Shown piece after piece: positions 10,319-21,752 of a stretch of 64,000 nt of DNA (its first letter is position 1; each line of letters opens with the position of its first letter). Below the pieces are notes generated by a model. It was not told the origin of the DNA, made no database searches, and was given only the letters and a program-made list of their open reading frames with translations. Source of the DNA: Gammaproteobacteria bacterium (GTDB lineage Bacteria > Pseudomonadota > Gammaproteobacteria > CAISUE01); contig JAJNBD010000007.1 of assembly GCA_021156105.1 (NCBI GenBank), forward strand, positions 52,945-116,944, written 5' to 3'. A program made the translations under genes and the position numbers.

Positions 10319-10349
10319 AACAAAGATTCAATGGATGCAATCTTAATTT

Positions 10350-12641
10350 ATGTCAAAACGCAAAATTTCGCAAGCCACCCCTAAAAGAAAACTATCGACA
10401 GAAACCGATAGTTATGCCATTAACCCACATTTAAGAGAAGCTGTTTTTCTTTTATCTCTCGCCTTAGGGGGATTAATCTTTGCTGTTTTACTCGCATTTG
10501 AACATGTCATTCTTGACCATTTTGGTGGTAATGCGGGGGCATGGATTGCCGAAACACTTTTAAACTTTTTTGGTTTTGTCAGTTATCTATTACCTGCCGC
10601 CATTATTTTTGCGGGTTGGTTATTTTTCCGAGCAAGAATTGTTTTCCCTAAAGAAGATTATCGCCATGCCTCTTTGCGTTTATTTGGTTTTTTACTTGGC
10701 TTAATTGGCGCAAATAGTTTTATCAGCATTGCCTTTAGTCACATGAGCTTAAGCTTTAACCCGGGTGGTTATTTTGGTGAATTTTTTAGCCAACTGGCGA
10801 TGAGTGTCCTTGGGGCTGCGGCAAGTGCTGTAATTTTTGCGGTATGTTTTTTGATTGGGGTGACTTTATTTACAGGCTTATCTTGGATTAAATTGCTTGA
10901 TAATGTTGGTCGCGGCGGCCTTTGGTTAATGAACTATATTTCTAGTAATATCAAACGCTTAAAAGCTTTTTTAATTGAACGTCGAATTAAACGTCAATTA
11001 AATAAGCCTGTTATTCCCGAAAAGCCTTTACCAAGGATCAAAGAGAAAAAAGTCGCGGCCAGCGCTGTTCCCCCGCGGATTGAAAAACCTCAACCTGCAC
11101 CTGTCCCATCCACTCGCGCGCGCAAAGATTTACAAAAAACTTTATTCCAAAGTAACGACAATACCACCTTACCTTCGTTAGCTTTATTAGATCAGCCTAG
11201 CGGCTCAGGACAAATTCAAGTTAATACCGCTGCGCTAGAGAGCATGTCACGTGAAGTTGAAGCACGTCTATTAGATTTTGGTGTTGAAGTCCAAGTTGTT
11301 GCCGTGCATCCTGGCCCCGTCGTCACGCGTTATGAAATGCAGCTTGCGCCTGGTTTGAAAGTCAGCAAAATCAGTGGCCTTGCCAAAGATCTGGCGCGTT
11401 CGCTTTCTGTGCCAAGCGTGCGTATCGTTGATGTCATCCCCGGCAAAACCACCGTGGGCTTAGAAATCCCTAATGAAGATCGTGAAGTTGTTCGCTTGTC
11501 CGAAGTACTCTCTTCGCAACCTTATGAACAAGCGAAATCACTCTTAAGTTTAGCTTTAGGCAAAGATATTGCTGGTCACCCTGTGATCGTAGATTTGGCT
11601 AAAATGCCTCACTTACTGGTGGCAGGTACAACAGGTTCTGGTAAATCTGTTGGCGTCAACGCAATGATTTTAAGCTTACTATTTAAAGCAAAGCCCGATG
11701 AAGTGCGCTTAATCATGATTGACCCCAAAATGTTGGAGTTATCCATTTATTCTGATATTCCGCATCTGCTCACTCCTGTTGTAACGGATATGAAAGAAGC
11801 CGCTAATGCCTTGCGTTGGTGTGTGGCAGAAATGGATCGCCGTTACAAACTCATGGCAATGCTTGGCGTACGTAACCTTTCCAGCTATAACCAAAAAATA
11901 AAAGAAGCTGAAAAAGCAGGCAAGCCTATTTTAGATCCTTTATGGAATCCCGCTAATTCCTTAGGCGAAGAGCAGCCAGCCTTAACCACCTTGCCATTCG
12001 TCGTTGTCGTGATTGATGAATTTGCAGATATGATGATGGTGGTTGGAAAAAAAGTTGAAGAATTAATCGCTCGTATCGCACAAAAAGCACGTGCCGCAGG
12101 GATTCACATGATTTTAGCAACGCAGCGTCCTTCGGTTGACGTCATCACGGGCTTGATTAAAGCTAACGTCCCTGCTCGTATTGCTTTCCAAGTTTCTTCA
12201 CGTATTGATTCACGCACTATTTTGGATCAACAAGGTGCAGAACAATTATTAGGCAATGGTGACATGCTTTATCTCACACCAGGCTCAGGTTTGCCTATTC
12301 GTGTCCATGGCGCTTTTGTCAGCGATCAAGAAGTGCATGCGGTAGTGAATGATTGGAAATCCCGTGGCGAGCCAGTTTATATTGAGCAAGTTACGCAAAT
12401 CCGCGACCCAAGTGAAAGCGCAGAGGGTGCTGATGAACAAGATCCTTTATATGATGAAGCTTGCAAAATTGTTTTAGAATCTCGCAAAGCATCCATCTCC
12501 AATATCCAACGCCGATTAAAAATTGGTTATAACCGGGCTGCCCGCTTAATCGAAACCATGGAAACTGCTGGCCTTGTTAGCCCAATGGAATCCAATGGCA
12601 ATCGTGAAGTATTAGCGCCAGGACCAGATGGAAATGTTTGA
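10350..12641 (+). CDS. ftsK: DNA translocase FtsK
   Basis: N-terminal 4-5 TM helices and a Pro-rich linker. Walker A (GTTGSGKS), Walker B ([11 protein letters not shown]). C-terminal winged-helix gamma domain. Confidence 0.9.
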   Translation: MSKRKISQATPKRKLSTETDSYAINPHLREAVFLLSLALGGLIFAVLLAFEHVILDHFGGNAGAWIAETLLNFFGFVSYLLPAAIIFAGWLFFRARIVFPKEDYRHASLRLFGFLLGLIGANSFISIAFSHMSLSFNPGGYFGEFFSQLAMSVLGAAASAVIFAVCFLIGVTLFTGLSWIKLLDNVGRGGLWLMNYISSNIKRLKAFLIERRIKRQLNKPVIPEKPLPRIKEKKVAASAVPPRIEKPQPAPVPSTRARKDLQKTLFQSNDNTTLPSLALLDQPSGSGQIQVNTAALESMSREVEARLLDFGVEVQVVAVHPGPVVTRYEMQLAPGLKVSKISGLAKDLARSLSVPSVRIVDVIPGKTTVGLEIPNEDREVVRLSEVLSSQPYEQAKSLLSLALGKDIAGHPVIVDLAKMPHLLVAGTTGSGKSVGVNAMILSLLFKAKPDEVRLIMIDPKMLELSIYSDIPHLLTPVVTDMKEAANALRWCVAEMDRRYKLMAMLGVRNLSSYNQKIKEAEKAGKPILDPLWNPANSLGEEQPALTTLPFVVVVIDEFADMMMVVGKKVEELIARIAQKARAAGIHMILATQRPSVDVITGLIKANVPARIAFQVSSRIDSRTILDQQGAEQLLGNGDMLYLTPGSGLPIRVHGAFVSDQEVHAVVNDWKSRGEPVYIEQVTQIRDPSESAEGADEQDPLYDEACKIVLESRKASISNIQRRLKIGYNRAARLIETMETAGLVSPMESNGNREVLAPGPDGNV

Positions 12642-12666
12642 ATCGGGTGAAACAACTGAGCTAAAG

Positions 12667-12700
12667 CGCATCTCCATAACGGATACCAGATGCGCTTCAC
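12667..12700. terminator. bidirectional hairpin between convergent ftsK and 12707 ORF
   Basis: AGCGCATCT, 14-nt loop, AGATGCGCT. Confidence 0.45.
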
Positions 12701-12706
12701 TATTAA

Positions 12707-13351
12707 TTAAATAGAACTATAGGAAATCTTTAAACCCTGAAAAGCAGGATGAATACCTGCGTATAAGCTACTTTCAGCTAAATCACTTGTTGGAGCTTGA
12801 TTTTCTTTTTCGCTGGGGGATAACCTATTAATCGGAGAACCAGGCGTGAAAAAACGAGTGACATTTTTTCCAAACGTAACTGAGCGAGAAACTTGACGCT
12901 CAATCTCTTGTAAGGCATCGGTGATTTCTTTATCTGCTGAAGCTTTCATAAACTCTAATGGTTCTGGTGCGAACTTTTCGACCAATAGATCATGTAAAAA
13001 AACTAATCCCGCATAATCCAGTAATTTTTCTGGCTCTTGCTCTATCGCAGCTTCAATCTCACAATAGCTTTGGCCAAGGTAATTGTCTTGAATCGCTTGT
13101 TGGAAAATTTTTGCGCAAAAAACTTGAAATGCTAATAAACTTTTTTCAGCCGATAATGGTGAGCTATAAATTTTGTTAAGCGCTTTTAAATATTTTTCAA
13201 CTATGGCATGCGCTATTTCAGAAGACCTTTCTGCGGCATCCTCTGAGAAAAGTCTTACATTATAGCCAGAGCGTTTTGCAATCTCAGTAACTGAGGTTGA
13301 TAAAAATTGTTCGCAAAGTTTTTGAACCGTCAGCAAAGAAACTGTTTTCAT
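12707..13351 (-). CDS. hypothetical helical protein
   Basis: Consistent AT-rich third-position codon usage. No signal peptide or recognisable motif. Confidence 0.4.
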   Translation of the reverse strand: MKTVSLLTVQKLCEQFLSTSVTEIAKRSGYNVRLFSEDAAERSSEIAHAIVEKYLKALNKIYSSPLSAEKSLLAFQVFCAKIFQQAIQDNYLGQSYCEIEAAIEQEPEKLLDYAGLVFLHDLLVEKFAPEPLEFMKASADKEITDALQEIERQVSRSVTFGKNVTRFFTPGSPINRLSPSEKENQAPTSDLAESSLYAGIHPAFQGLKISYSSI

Positions 13352-13400
13352 GTTTATTATTTCGCTTTTTGATGAAAGGGGTTAAATTGTTAAAATGAAT

Positions 13401-14294
13401 TTAATAACCAAAGTGAAACCTTCTATTGGGAACAATTTCAGCGTCGGGCACTTGTAAAGTCTGTTGCTTTATTCGATCAATCTTTATTTGAACATCCGGT
13501 TTTATTGCTATCAGCGTGTCTAATAAAGGTTTGTATTCTTCTCGCAGAATAAATTGATTAAGAGCCTCATTATTGACTAGTCCTAAGAGACATTGTTCAG
13601 CAATAAGTGTCAGTTCTTCCTGGGTAAAATCTGCCTCTTTACCGCCAACAACGGCTAAAGCATAAACAACTAGATAACGCGTTAAAATATTTAACCGGTC
13701 AGAAATAACCTCTAGGGCTCGAAAATTAACTTCTTTTAACTGTTTTAAACTTGCCAAAAAAACTGCGGCCTTAACGGATAAATCGACAAATAACTTCTCA
13801 GCTCTATCATGTGTGAGTTCTCTTATAAAAGTATTCACAAGCAATTCTAGCTCTCCTTTGCCGGCTAAAAATGTTGCTTGCGCTTTTAGCATTTGTAGGT
13901 TAGCCTCAAGAAAGACAATTAACTTTTGATAATGCTGAGAAGAATTAAGTGGTTCTAAAGCAATTTTTTCATAAATAATCTTTGCAAACTCACACTTCAT
14001 TTTTGTCCACTTAACATTACGTGAAGCGTGCTTAATGCGACTAAAAATACCTTCAATTGGACTTTGCGCCCAAGGCAAAGGGGATGAAGGAAAATGAGCA
14101 TTTGCCCTAAAAGAAGATGGCGAAATACTGCTAGCGGAGACGTTGTCTTGGCTAATAGCGCTATTGCTATCAATAGCATCGTAGTCTATTAGGACGGTAA
14201 AAGCCTCTTGCGTAATAACCGGGAGCTTTTGTCCACGCTCTTGTAAATATTTAGCCAAAGCGGCAAGCGCATATTCTTTAGAAAATTTTGGCAT
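13401..14294 (-). CDS. hypothetical helical protein (effector candidate)
   Basis: 297 aa, all-helical. Probably co-transcribed with the 12707 ORF. Confidence 0.4.
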   Translation of the reverse strand: MPKFSKEYALAALAKYLQERGQKLPVITQEAFTVLIDYDAIDSNSAISQDNVSASSISPSSFRANAHFPSSPLPWAQSPIEGIFSRIKHASRNVKWTKMKCEFAKIIYEKIALEPLNSSQHYQKLIVFLEANLQMLKAQATFLAGKGELELLVNTFIRELTHDRAEKLFVDLSVKAAVFLASLKQLKEVNFRALEVISDRLNILTRYLVVYALAVVGGKEADFTQEELTLIAEQCLLGLVNNEALNQFILREEYKPLLDTLIAIKPDVQIKIDRIKQQTLQVPDAEIVPNRRFHFGY

Positions 14295-14456
14295 AAGTTA
14301 TTATTATTTTAGATATTATTGATGCCAAACATTATACAGGCCTAATATTAAGGCTTTATTAAGCGATTTAAATATGAGAAATGCGTACCTTTGCAGGGAC
14401 AAAATTATTTCAGGTTTGATCAAATGGCTATTTCAACATTAATCTTAGAGCCATCA

Positions 14457-14873
14457 TTAGTGGACTTTAAACTTGCATAACGCTATATCTGCATTTTTAC
14501 AATCTTCTTCATCATTGTATACAGTACTCTGCGACCAGGAGCCCGTATCTGGTGTTAATTCTTGAGCAGCATCAAGTAATGCTACGGCTTCTTTTTGACC
14601 TTTTTCTGGAAATAATCTATTTAATGTATAGAGGCAATTCCCATGGACATCAACCGCGGGAGTTTTATTTGCACGGGCGCCTGCAAAATAATAACGACCA
14701 TCTTTTAAGCCTGCCTGAAAAGCAATATTCCAGCCTGACAAAGCTTTAATTGGGATACAAACTGAACGGCTACAATCAACCTCATCAACCGGACATTGCG
14801 TTGTACTTGCCACTGCATTAATGGAAAAAATACAAGATAACAAACCCAGACAAAAAACTTTTTTAAATAACAT
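14457..14873 (-). CDS. small secreted Cys-containing protein
   Basis: Signal peptide. 8 Cys in a 115-aa mature part. Confidence 0.4.
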   Translation of the reverse strand: MLFKKVFCLGLLSCIFSINAVASTTQCPVDEVDCSRSVCIPIKALSGWNIAFQAGLKDGRYYFAGARANKTPAVDVHGNCLYTLNRLFPEKGQKEAVALLDAAQELTPDTGSWSQSTVYNDEEDCKNADIALCKFKVH

Positions 14874-14886
14874 ATTTTTTTCCTTG

Positions 14887-16953
14887 TTACTTATCCCTTA
14901 ATACCATAGCAAACTTTGTCTGCAAGGACTGAATAAGACCTTCTGATAGTTGTGTAACTTTTTCATCTGCTAAAGTTTCTTGCTTATCTTGCAACACAAC
15001 GCCAAATGCAAGACTCTTTTGATCAGCTGGCATGTTTTTACCTTGATAAATATCAAACACAATGACATCTACACAGAGCGCGCCCAGCTTAGCTTTTACA
15101 AAATTGATAATTTCCCCTACTGCTTGACCACGGTTTAATAAAAAAGCAAAGTCCCTTCGCACAGAAGGAAACTTACTGATTTCTTGACACTTAATATGTA
15201 CAGGCAGCGCAATTTCCTCCAAAGCCAACTCAAATAAGTAAACTGGTACTGCAAAACCAAAATCTTGCTGCAAGGAAGGATGCAAGCGGCCAAGATGCCC
15301 AATAACTTTATCTTGCGAAATAATTTTTGCCGCTTGTCCTGGATGCAACATAGGACGTTCACTCTTCTCAAAAGTAATGGGCAATTTTAAGCTATCGAGC
15401 AATAACTCCACTTCACCTTTTAAATCAAAAAAATCTGTCTCACTCGCTTTATTGCTCCACTGCTCTGGCACGGCTGCGCCAGCCATTAAGCCGGCTAGCA
15501 TCATCGGCTGTTTTAAACATGCTTTAGCAGCGTCATGTTCATTAAAATAAACACGACCAATTTCAAAATAACGTGCACGTGCTTGTTGACGGTTGAAATT
15601 ATATTGTGCTGTATTTAATAAACTTGGCCATAAGCTGGTGCGCATAATAGCTAGCTCAGCGGATAAAGGATTTTTCAACTTCACTGCTTTATCATTTGGC
15701 ATACATTGCGCTTGCAGGTTTTCGCCAATAAAACTATAGCTAATGATCTCACGAAAGCCTTGGCTGGTGAGCGTTGCACGAATTTTTTGAAATTGGTCAA
15801 CTGCCATTTGCGTTGGCGCTAATTGTTCAATACGGGGTTGGTGCAAAGGTAAATGATCATAGCCATAAACACGCGCCAACTCTTCAATAAAATCGACTTC
15901 TTTGGCAATATCAAAACGAAATGTCGGTGGCGTCACTTGATAATCAGCACTAAGTTGCTGCACCTTCATCTCTAACGCAGTTAAAATTTTTTCTACCGTT
16001 GCCGATGGAATTTCATAGCCTAAAATTCGCTCAATGCGCGATTTTCTTAAAGGAATTGCTTTAGGAGCGGAAATCTCACTACCTTTACTGATTACATATT
16101 CACCAATTTCCCCACCTAAATGCTCAATAATTAATGCCGCTGCATAATCTAAAGCTATTAATGGCAAAGCAGGATCAACACCACGCTCAAAGCGCTGTGC
16201 AGCTTCCGTATGTAAACCATACTGGCGTGCACGACCGGCAATGGCTTCTGGTGCAAAATGGGCGCTTTCTAAAAAAATATTGGTTGTTGCTGGGGCAACG
16301 CCGGAATCTAATCCACCAATAACACCGGCAACTGCTTGCGCGCCATGATCATCGGCAATCACCAAAGTATTGCTTGCAAGTGTTAATGTTTGGCCGCCTA
16401 GCACGGTGAGCTTTTCACCATTTTGTGCAAATCGCACACAAAGATTTTTAACCTTATCCGCATCAAAAGCATGTAGCGGCTGCCCCATTTCTAGCATGAC
16501 ATAATTACAAATATCCACGACAGGATGAATACTTTCAATGCTTGACTTTTCAAGTCGCTCTATCATCCAGGCGGGCGCTTTTTTATTTTGTGGCATTTTA
16601 CGAATGAAACAACCGGTGTATAAGGGACAAGCACTTGGCGCATCAATTTTAACGGATGCAAGATGCTCTTTTTCTGCAGCAAAAGTAGTCGCTTTTTGCA
16701 AAGGTACAGCGGCGTCGGCAAAACCTAAACAAGCAATCTCGCGCACTAAACCGCGCACACTCATGCAATCACCACGATTCGGCGTAATGGAAAAATCAAT
16801 TAGCGTATCATTGCCCGCCTGCTCCATGCTTTCAACTTCAAAGCCACCGCGCGGCATAAAAAAATCAATTTCTTTTGCACTGGGAAACGCTTGTGCAACT
16901 GGCAAATAATTTTTCTCAAAATAATCTCTTAACCAATTTAATGAAACTTTCAT
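14887..16953 (-). CDS. pheT: phenylalanine--tRNA ligase beta subunit, short form lacking the B2 tRNA-binding OB domain
   Basis: Motifs MKVSLNWL, ITPNRGDC, B3/4 editing, B5, and catalytic-like and C-terminal FDX-ACB regions. 688 aa, against about 790 aa for typical PheT. Confidence 0.9.
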   Translation of the reverse strand: MKVSLNWLRDYFEKNYLPVAQAFPSAKEIDFFMPRGGFEVESMEQAGNDTLIDFSITPNRGDCMSVRGLVREIACLGFADAAVPLQKATTFAAEKEHLASVKIDAPSACPLYTGCFIRKMPQNKKAPAWMIERLEKSSIESIHPVVDICNYVMLEMGQPLHAFDADKVKNLCVRFAQNGEKLTVLGGQTLTLASNTLVIADDHGAQAVAGVIGGLDSGVAPATTNIFLESAHFAPEAIAGRARQYGLHTEAAQRFERGVDPALPLIALDYAAALIIEHLGGEIGEYVISKGSEISAPKAIPLRKSRIERILGYEIPSATVEKILTALEMKVQQLSADYQVTPPTFRFDIAKEVDFIEELARVYGYDHLPLHQPRIEQLAPTQMAVDQFQKIRATLTSQGFREIISYSFIGENLQAQCMPNDKAVKLKNPLSAELAIMRTSLWPSLLNTAQYNFNRQQARARYFEIGRVYFNEHDAAKACLKQPMMLAGLMAGAAVPEQWSNKASETDFFDLKGEVELLLDSLKLPITFEKSERPMLHPGQAAKIISQDKVIGHLGRLHPSLQQDFGFAVPVYLFELALEEIALPVHIKCQEISKFPSVRRDFAFLLNRGQAVGEIINFVKAKLGALCVDVIVFDIYQGKNMPADQKSLAFGVVLQDKQETLADEKVTQLSEGLIQSLQTKFAMVLRDK

Positions 16954-17012
16954 AAATATATTCTCACGTGCATTACTGCTTACTTTATTTAATCACTGCA
17001 GGCACAAAGTAT

Positions 17013-18137
<1,125 letters not shown>

Positions 18138-18404
18138 TTATGAGATAACTTAAATTATTAAGTACGTATTTTTAGAGAAGCGTAAGAATTTTCCTTCTGC
18201 AAGGGACAAAATTTAGCGCCATTCTCGCGAAAGCAGGAATCCAGGGTTGCGAGGATAGCTTTAGGGTAAAGTTATGCACATTTAAAAAAAACAAAAGAAA
18301 AAAATTTTAAGAAAAACAACAACAGGGAACATTTTTTGTGGTAAATAACCTATCTTATTGATTATTTATAGTTTATTTTTGATTGATTATTTGCCAACCA
18401 CTCC

Positions 18405-18485
18405 ACTTGACCCGCCCATTTCATAAGGCTTCGCGAAGCTTTACCAAGGTTTTTCCACAAAGTTATCCACAGATTTTGTGAGTAA
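18405..18485 (+). repeat. DnaA-box cluster element, copy 1
   Basis: TTGACC...TAAGGCT, then TTTTCCACA-AAG-TTATCCACA, and an inverted TTACTCACA. Confidence 0.6.
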
Positions 18486-18718
18486 GTTCTTCCCTGTTAC
18501 TAAAGTACTTGAATATAGCAAGATTAAGTTAGTGAAGTTAACATTTAAATATTCTTTACGCATCGTTTTTATCAACTTCGTAAAGTTATTCACACCGATC
18601 AAACTTGTTAAGAAAAAAATTTGGCGAAAAACAACAGACCGCTAAATAGCTTGCAGTAATTATCTTAACTGGTTGTATTTACAGGCTTTATTTTAATACG
18701 CTTATTTCTTTAGCACAC

Positions 18719-18800
18719 CACTTGACCCACGCTATTTATAAGGCTTTGCGAAGTTTTACCAAAGCTTTTCCACAAAGTTATCCACAGATTTTGTGAATAA
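18719..18800 (+). repeat. DnaA-box cluster element, copy 2
   Basis: About 85% identical to copy 1, with the same three 9-mers. Confidence 0.6.
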
Positions 18801-18839
18801 CTTGATTGTGCTAACAAAGTCAAAAAAGAAACAAGAAGT

Positions 18840-18887
18840 TAAAACCTAAAAAAGGTAAGCAGCGGATTCAGCTATCCAGCTGCTTAC
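18840..18887 (-). terminator. rho-independent terminator of 18906 ORF
   Basis: GTAAGCAGC / GCTGCTTAC stem followed by a T-run on the minus strand. Confidence 0.55.
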
Positions 18888-18905
18888 TACCTTCCTTATT
18901 AGGTT

Positions 18906-19805
18906 TTATATTGCCCCATAGTAAGACCGCCTAGGAAGTGGTGGCGTATCAGCAGCAGAGGTGTCGCCGCAACAGCAAGAAGACTTAGGCTTTTTTCCTA
19001 AAAGAGACTGTTTTTCACCATCGCCAAAGAATGTTTGCGAAGCACGATAAGTGTCAGCTAGTCTCCTTGCCATTACCTCAGAATCTTCTCTTGGAGCGCT
19101 TGGAGTACCTGCTACTTCCCCTGCAGAGTAAGTATTTCTTCCAAACCTACCAATAGTTGCATATCCAGCACCCGGAGTAGGTATAAACTGGTCAGCAATT
19201 CTGGTTTCCGGTGGAGGTGTGCTTTGTGAGCGAACATGCCCTCCGCCGCCCAACCTTGCTTTTGCATCTGCTAATCTTTGGGCAAGTAACACGGGGTGGG
19301 CCTTAAGTAACTTAACTGCATATTCATAATTTTTTTGGTTACCAGCATCATTTAATAAGCGATGAGTTTGATCAATAGCCGCATCTAACGCTTTTACTCG
19401 CTTCACTTTTTCTCCCTCAGATTTACGAGGTTTGTTAGCGATATAATCTTGAGCTGCTTTAAACAAAGCAACTAAATATTCTCGCTGGCGATCAATTTCT
19501 CGCATTGTTTTGCCAAGCTCCATATGAGTACTATGTGCTAATTTATCCTCTAGCCTCAAATTGTGAACATTTAAGCTCTGCAAACCACGAAAAGCTTCTT
19601 TCAAAGCTTTCAGCGCCTCATCAATATTTTTGTTAAAGTCATCCCAATGCGAAATGCGTTTCACACCCACAGCAAAAGCGGTATCTGAAAATTGTTTCGC
19701 CGTTTGTACAAATTGATCTAATTTTTGATTTAAACCTTCGAGCTTTTGAAGATTGAGAAGTAGAGCGTCTTTTAATTGGGTAAATGCAGCATCTGAACCA
19801 GGCAT
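18906..19805 (-). CDS. hypothetical coiled-coil protein with C-terminal Cys triplet (effector candidate)
   Basis: Helical N-domain, disordered Gly/Pro C-terminus ending KKPKSSCCCGD.... Confidence 0.45.
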   Translation of the reverse strand: MPGSDAAFTQLKDALLLNLQKLEGLNQKLDQFVQTAKQFSDTAFAVGVKRISHWDDFNKNIDEALKALKEAFRGLQSLNVHNLRLEDKLAHSTHMELGKTMREIDRQREYLVALFKAAQDYIANKPRKSEGEKVKRVKALDAAIDQTHRLLNDAGNQKNYEYAVKLLKAHPVLLAQRLADAKARLGGGGHVRSQSTPPPETRIADQFIPTPGAGYATIGRFGRNTYSAGEVAGTPSAPREDSEVMARRLADTYRASQTFFGDGEKQSLLGKKPKSSCCCGDTSAADTPPLPRRSYYGAI

Positions 19806-20032
19806 AAGTTTTCTCCTTAATATTAAAGTTATTGTTAACAGCAGATTGACTTATCACACGTTTTCTTGTTATTCCTTTTAATAGCCTCCTTTAATTAAGA
19901 GTATATACTTTCTAAAAGTGAAAAACTAGCAGATAAATTTTTCTCACCTGGGGAAACATTTGCCTCAATCTTTAGACTTTTTTTCTTAATAGCGGTAATA
20001 TTTAGCAAGTAATTTTTTCAGGGATAGGATGT

Positions 20033-21166
20033 ATGTATTTTTTGATAAGGAAGCTTTGGCAAATATTATTTAGTCTTACCTTAGTTTGCTTTGCGCATAT
20101 TGGCTTTGCTGCTGACACAGTTAATCATAACAACTCCCCTATTAAAGTTGGCGTTATTATTGGCGCCCCAATTGCTTATCAAGATAAAAATAAAGCTTGG
20201 CACGGCATTATTGTTAACATTTGGGAAGAGATTGCTGCAGAGAATGGTTGGCAGTATGAATTTATCCCAATGGGAGAAAATGTTGAAAATGCTATTAATG
20301 CTGTTTCAGAAAAAAAACTTGATGTCCTAATTGGCCCTATTACAGTTACCTATTCGCGCTTAAAACAAGCAGATTTTTCTCGTCCGTTTATGATTAATAA
20401 AGTCGAGGTGCTAGAACGCGGCCTGCCTATTAATCAGTTTGGCTCTCTGCTCTTGATGGTTTTAGCCAAAGCATTCAACACCTTTTTCTTGATTATCTTC
20501 ATTGTATTTCTCGTCATCGCCCATATCATTTGGCTCTTAGAACGCAAAACGCTCAAAGAATATGGTCAAGGGTATTTACGTGGAATAGCACATACCACTT
20601 GGTCTTTATTAATGCTACTAGTTGGTAGTCAATTGGTGGATCGTCCTAAGCATCACTTATCGCGCTTCTTAATTTTATTAGTGATTTTTTTATCTATTAC
20701 TTTTAGTTCTCTTGTGGCAGCTGCCTTTACTTCATCATTAACTTTATCCTTAGCACCTGCTGCTATACCTCAAGAAAAATCTATTAAGCAACTACAAAGC
20801 AAAACTTTCGCTTCTGTTACAGGCCAATCAACAGGCGCAACAATGCAGAATTTAGGCGGAGATGTGATTTATTTTAATAGTCTACATGAGGCTATTCAGT
20901 CTTTAAAAAATAACCCTAAAATTGATGCGATCGTTGGAGATTCTGTGCTGTTAAAATACAACATTGCTCACACAGCAGGATTTACTGGCCTTAGCTTAAC
21001 CCCTATTTCATTAGATACGGATGAATATGCTGTTGTTTTTCAACATAACAGCCTCTTACGTCAAAATTTTGATTACAGTTTAACTAAGCTAAAAGAAGAA
21101 AACCAAGCTATGCCAATTTGCTTACGTTATTTAGCAGAACAAGATGCCGCCGCTTGCGTGATTTAA
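20033..21166 (+). CDS. ionotropic-glutamate-receptor-like ligand-gated channel (GluR0-type S1-M1-P-M2-S2)
   Basis: Signal peptide. SBP-type-3 lobe split by three hydrophobic segments. Pore-loop-like GIAHTTWSLLMLLVGSQ. M3-like FSSLVAAAFTSSLT resembles the iGluR SYTANLAAF motif. Confidence 0.55.
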   Translation: MYFLIRKLWQILFSLTLVCFAHIGFAADTVNHNNSPIKVGVIIGAPIAYQDKNKAWHGIIVNIWEEIAAENGWQYEFIPMGENVENAINAVSEKKLDVLIGPITVTYSRLKQADFSRPFMINKVEVLERGLPINQFGSLLLMVLAKAFNTFFLIIFIVFLVIAHIIWLLERKTLKEYGQGYLRGIAHTTWSLLMLLVGSQLVDRPKHHLSRFLILLVIFLSITFSSLVAAAFTSSLTLSLAPAAIPQEKSIKQLQSKTFASVTGQSTGATMQNLGGDVIYFNSLHEAIQSLKNNPKIDAIVGDSVLLKYNIAHTAGFTGLSLTPISLDTDEYAVVFQHNSLLRQNFDYSLTKLKEENQAMPICLRYLAEQDAAACVI

Positions 21167-21168
21167 AC

Positions 21169-21510
21169 TTATCCAGAGAGGTGTTGTCGCGTATCAGAAA
21201 GCGTTTCCTTCTCCAAGGTTTCATAGTCATTCTCGTCTAGTGGTTGGAAAGTTTTATTATCATCAGGTTGTTGAAAGAGACTGACTTCCTGCTCAGGCCC
21301 CTTCATCCAACAGGATAATAGACGTTCTTCTAATGTACTATTGTTACTACATAGTATTTTTGCAGAAGCTCGGTCTCGAAGAGGCAATACTGATGACAAC
21401 CCTAAGCTTGTGACTTCTTTATCTTCTAAACTTAGCTCTTCAAATATCTCTTCTAAATCTATTTGCTCGCATGTAGCGCTACGATCACAGTCTTTTCGTT
21501 TACCTGCCAT
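21169..21510 (-). CDS. small acidic hypothetical protein
   Basis: 113 aa, pI strongly acidic. No recognisable motif. Confidence 0.3.
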   Translation of the reverse strand: MAGKRKDCDRSATCEQIDLEEIFEELSLEDKEVTSLGLSSVLPLRDRASAKILCSNNSTLEERLLSCWMKGPEQEVSLFQQPDDNKTFQPLDENDYETLEKETLSDTRQHLSG

Positions 21511-21595
21511 AGGTTTCCACTCATTATTTATTATTAAATGGCCGCCATTTTACCTGAATAAAATTAAAGTTTCCTTAACAGCAGGAGAAAAATCT

Positions 21596-21752
21596 ACAAG
21601 GATCCTCTGTGGGGTATGAAATTTATTGTAGGGTGGGCAAAGCGCTATGCAAGGGGCTTTTTTTACCGCTTTGGTGGGCACGTCGCTAGCGCTCCTTTAC
21701 CCACCCTACAGCGCGTGCCCACCATTTTCATACCCCACAGAGACGAGGATCT
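21596..21752. repeat. MITE/REP-like composite palindromic element
   Basis: About 22-bp terminal inverted repeats (GATCCTCTGTGGGGTATGAAA / TTTCATACCCCACAGAGACGAGGATC). These enclose nested GGTGGGCA...TGCCCACC hairpins. Confidence 0.5.
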
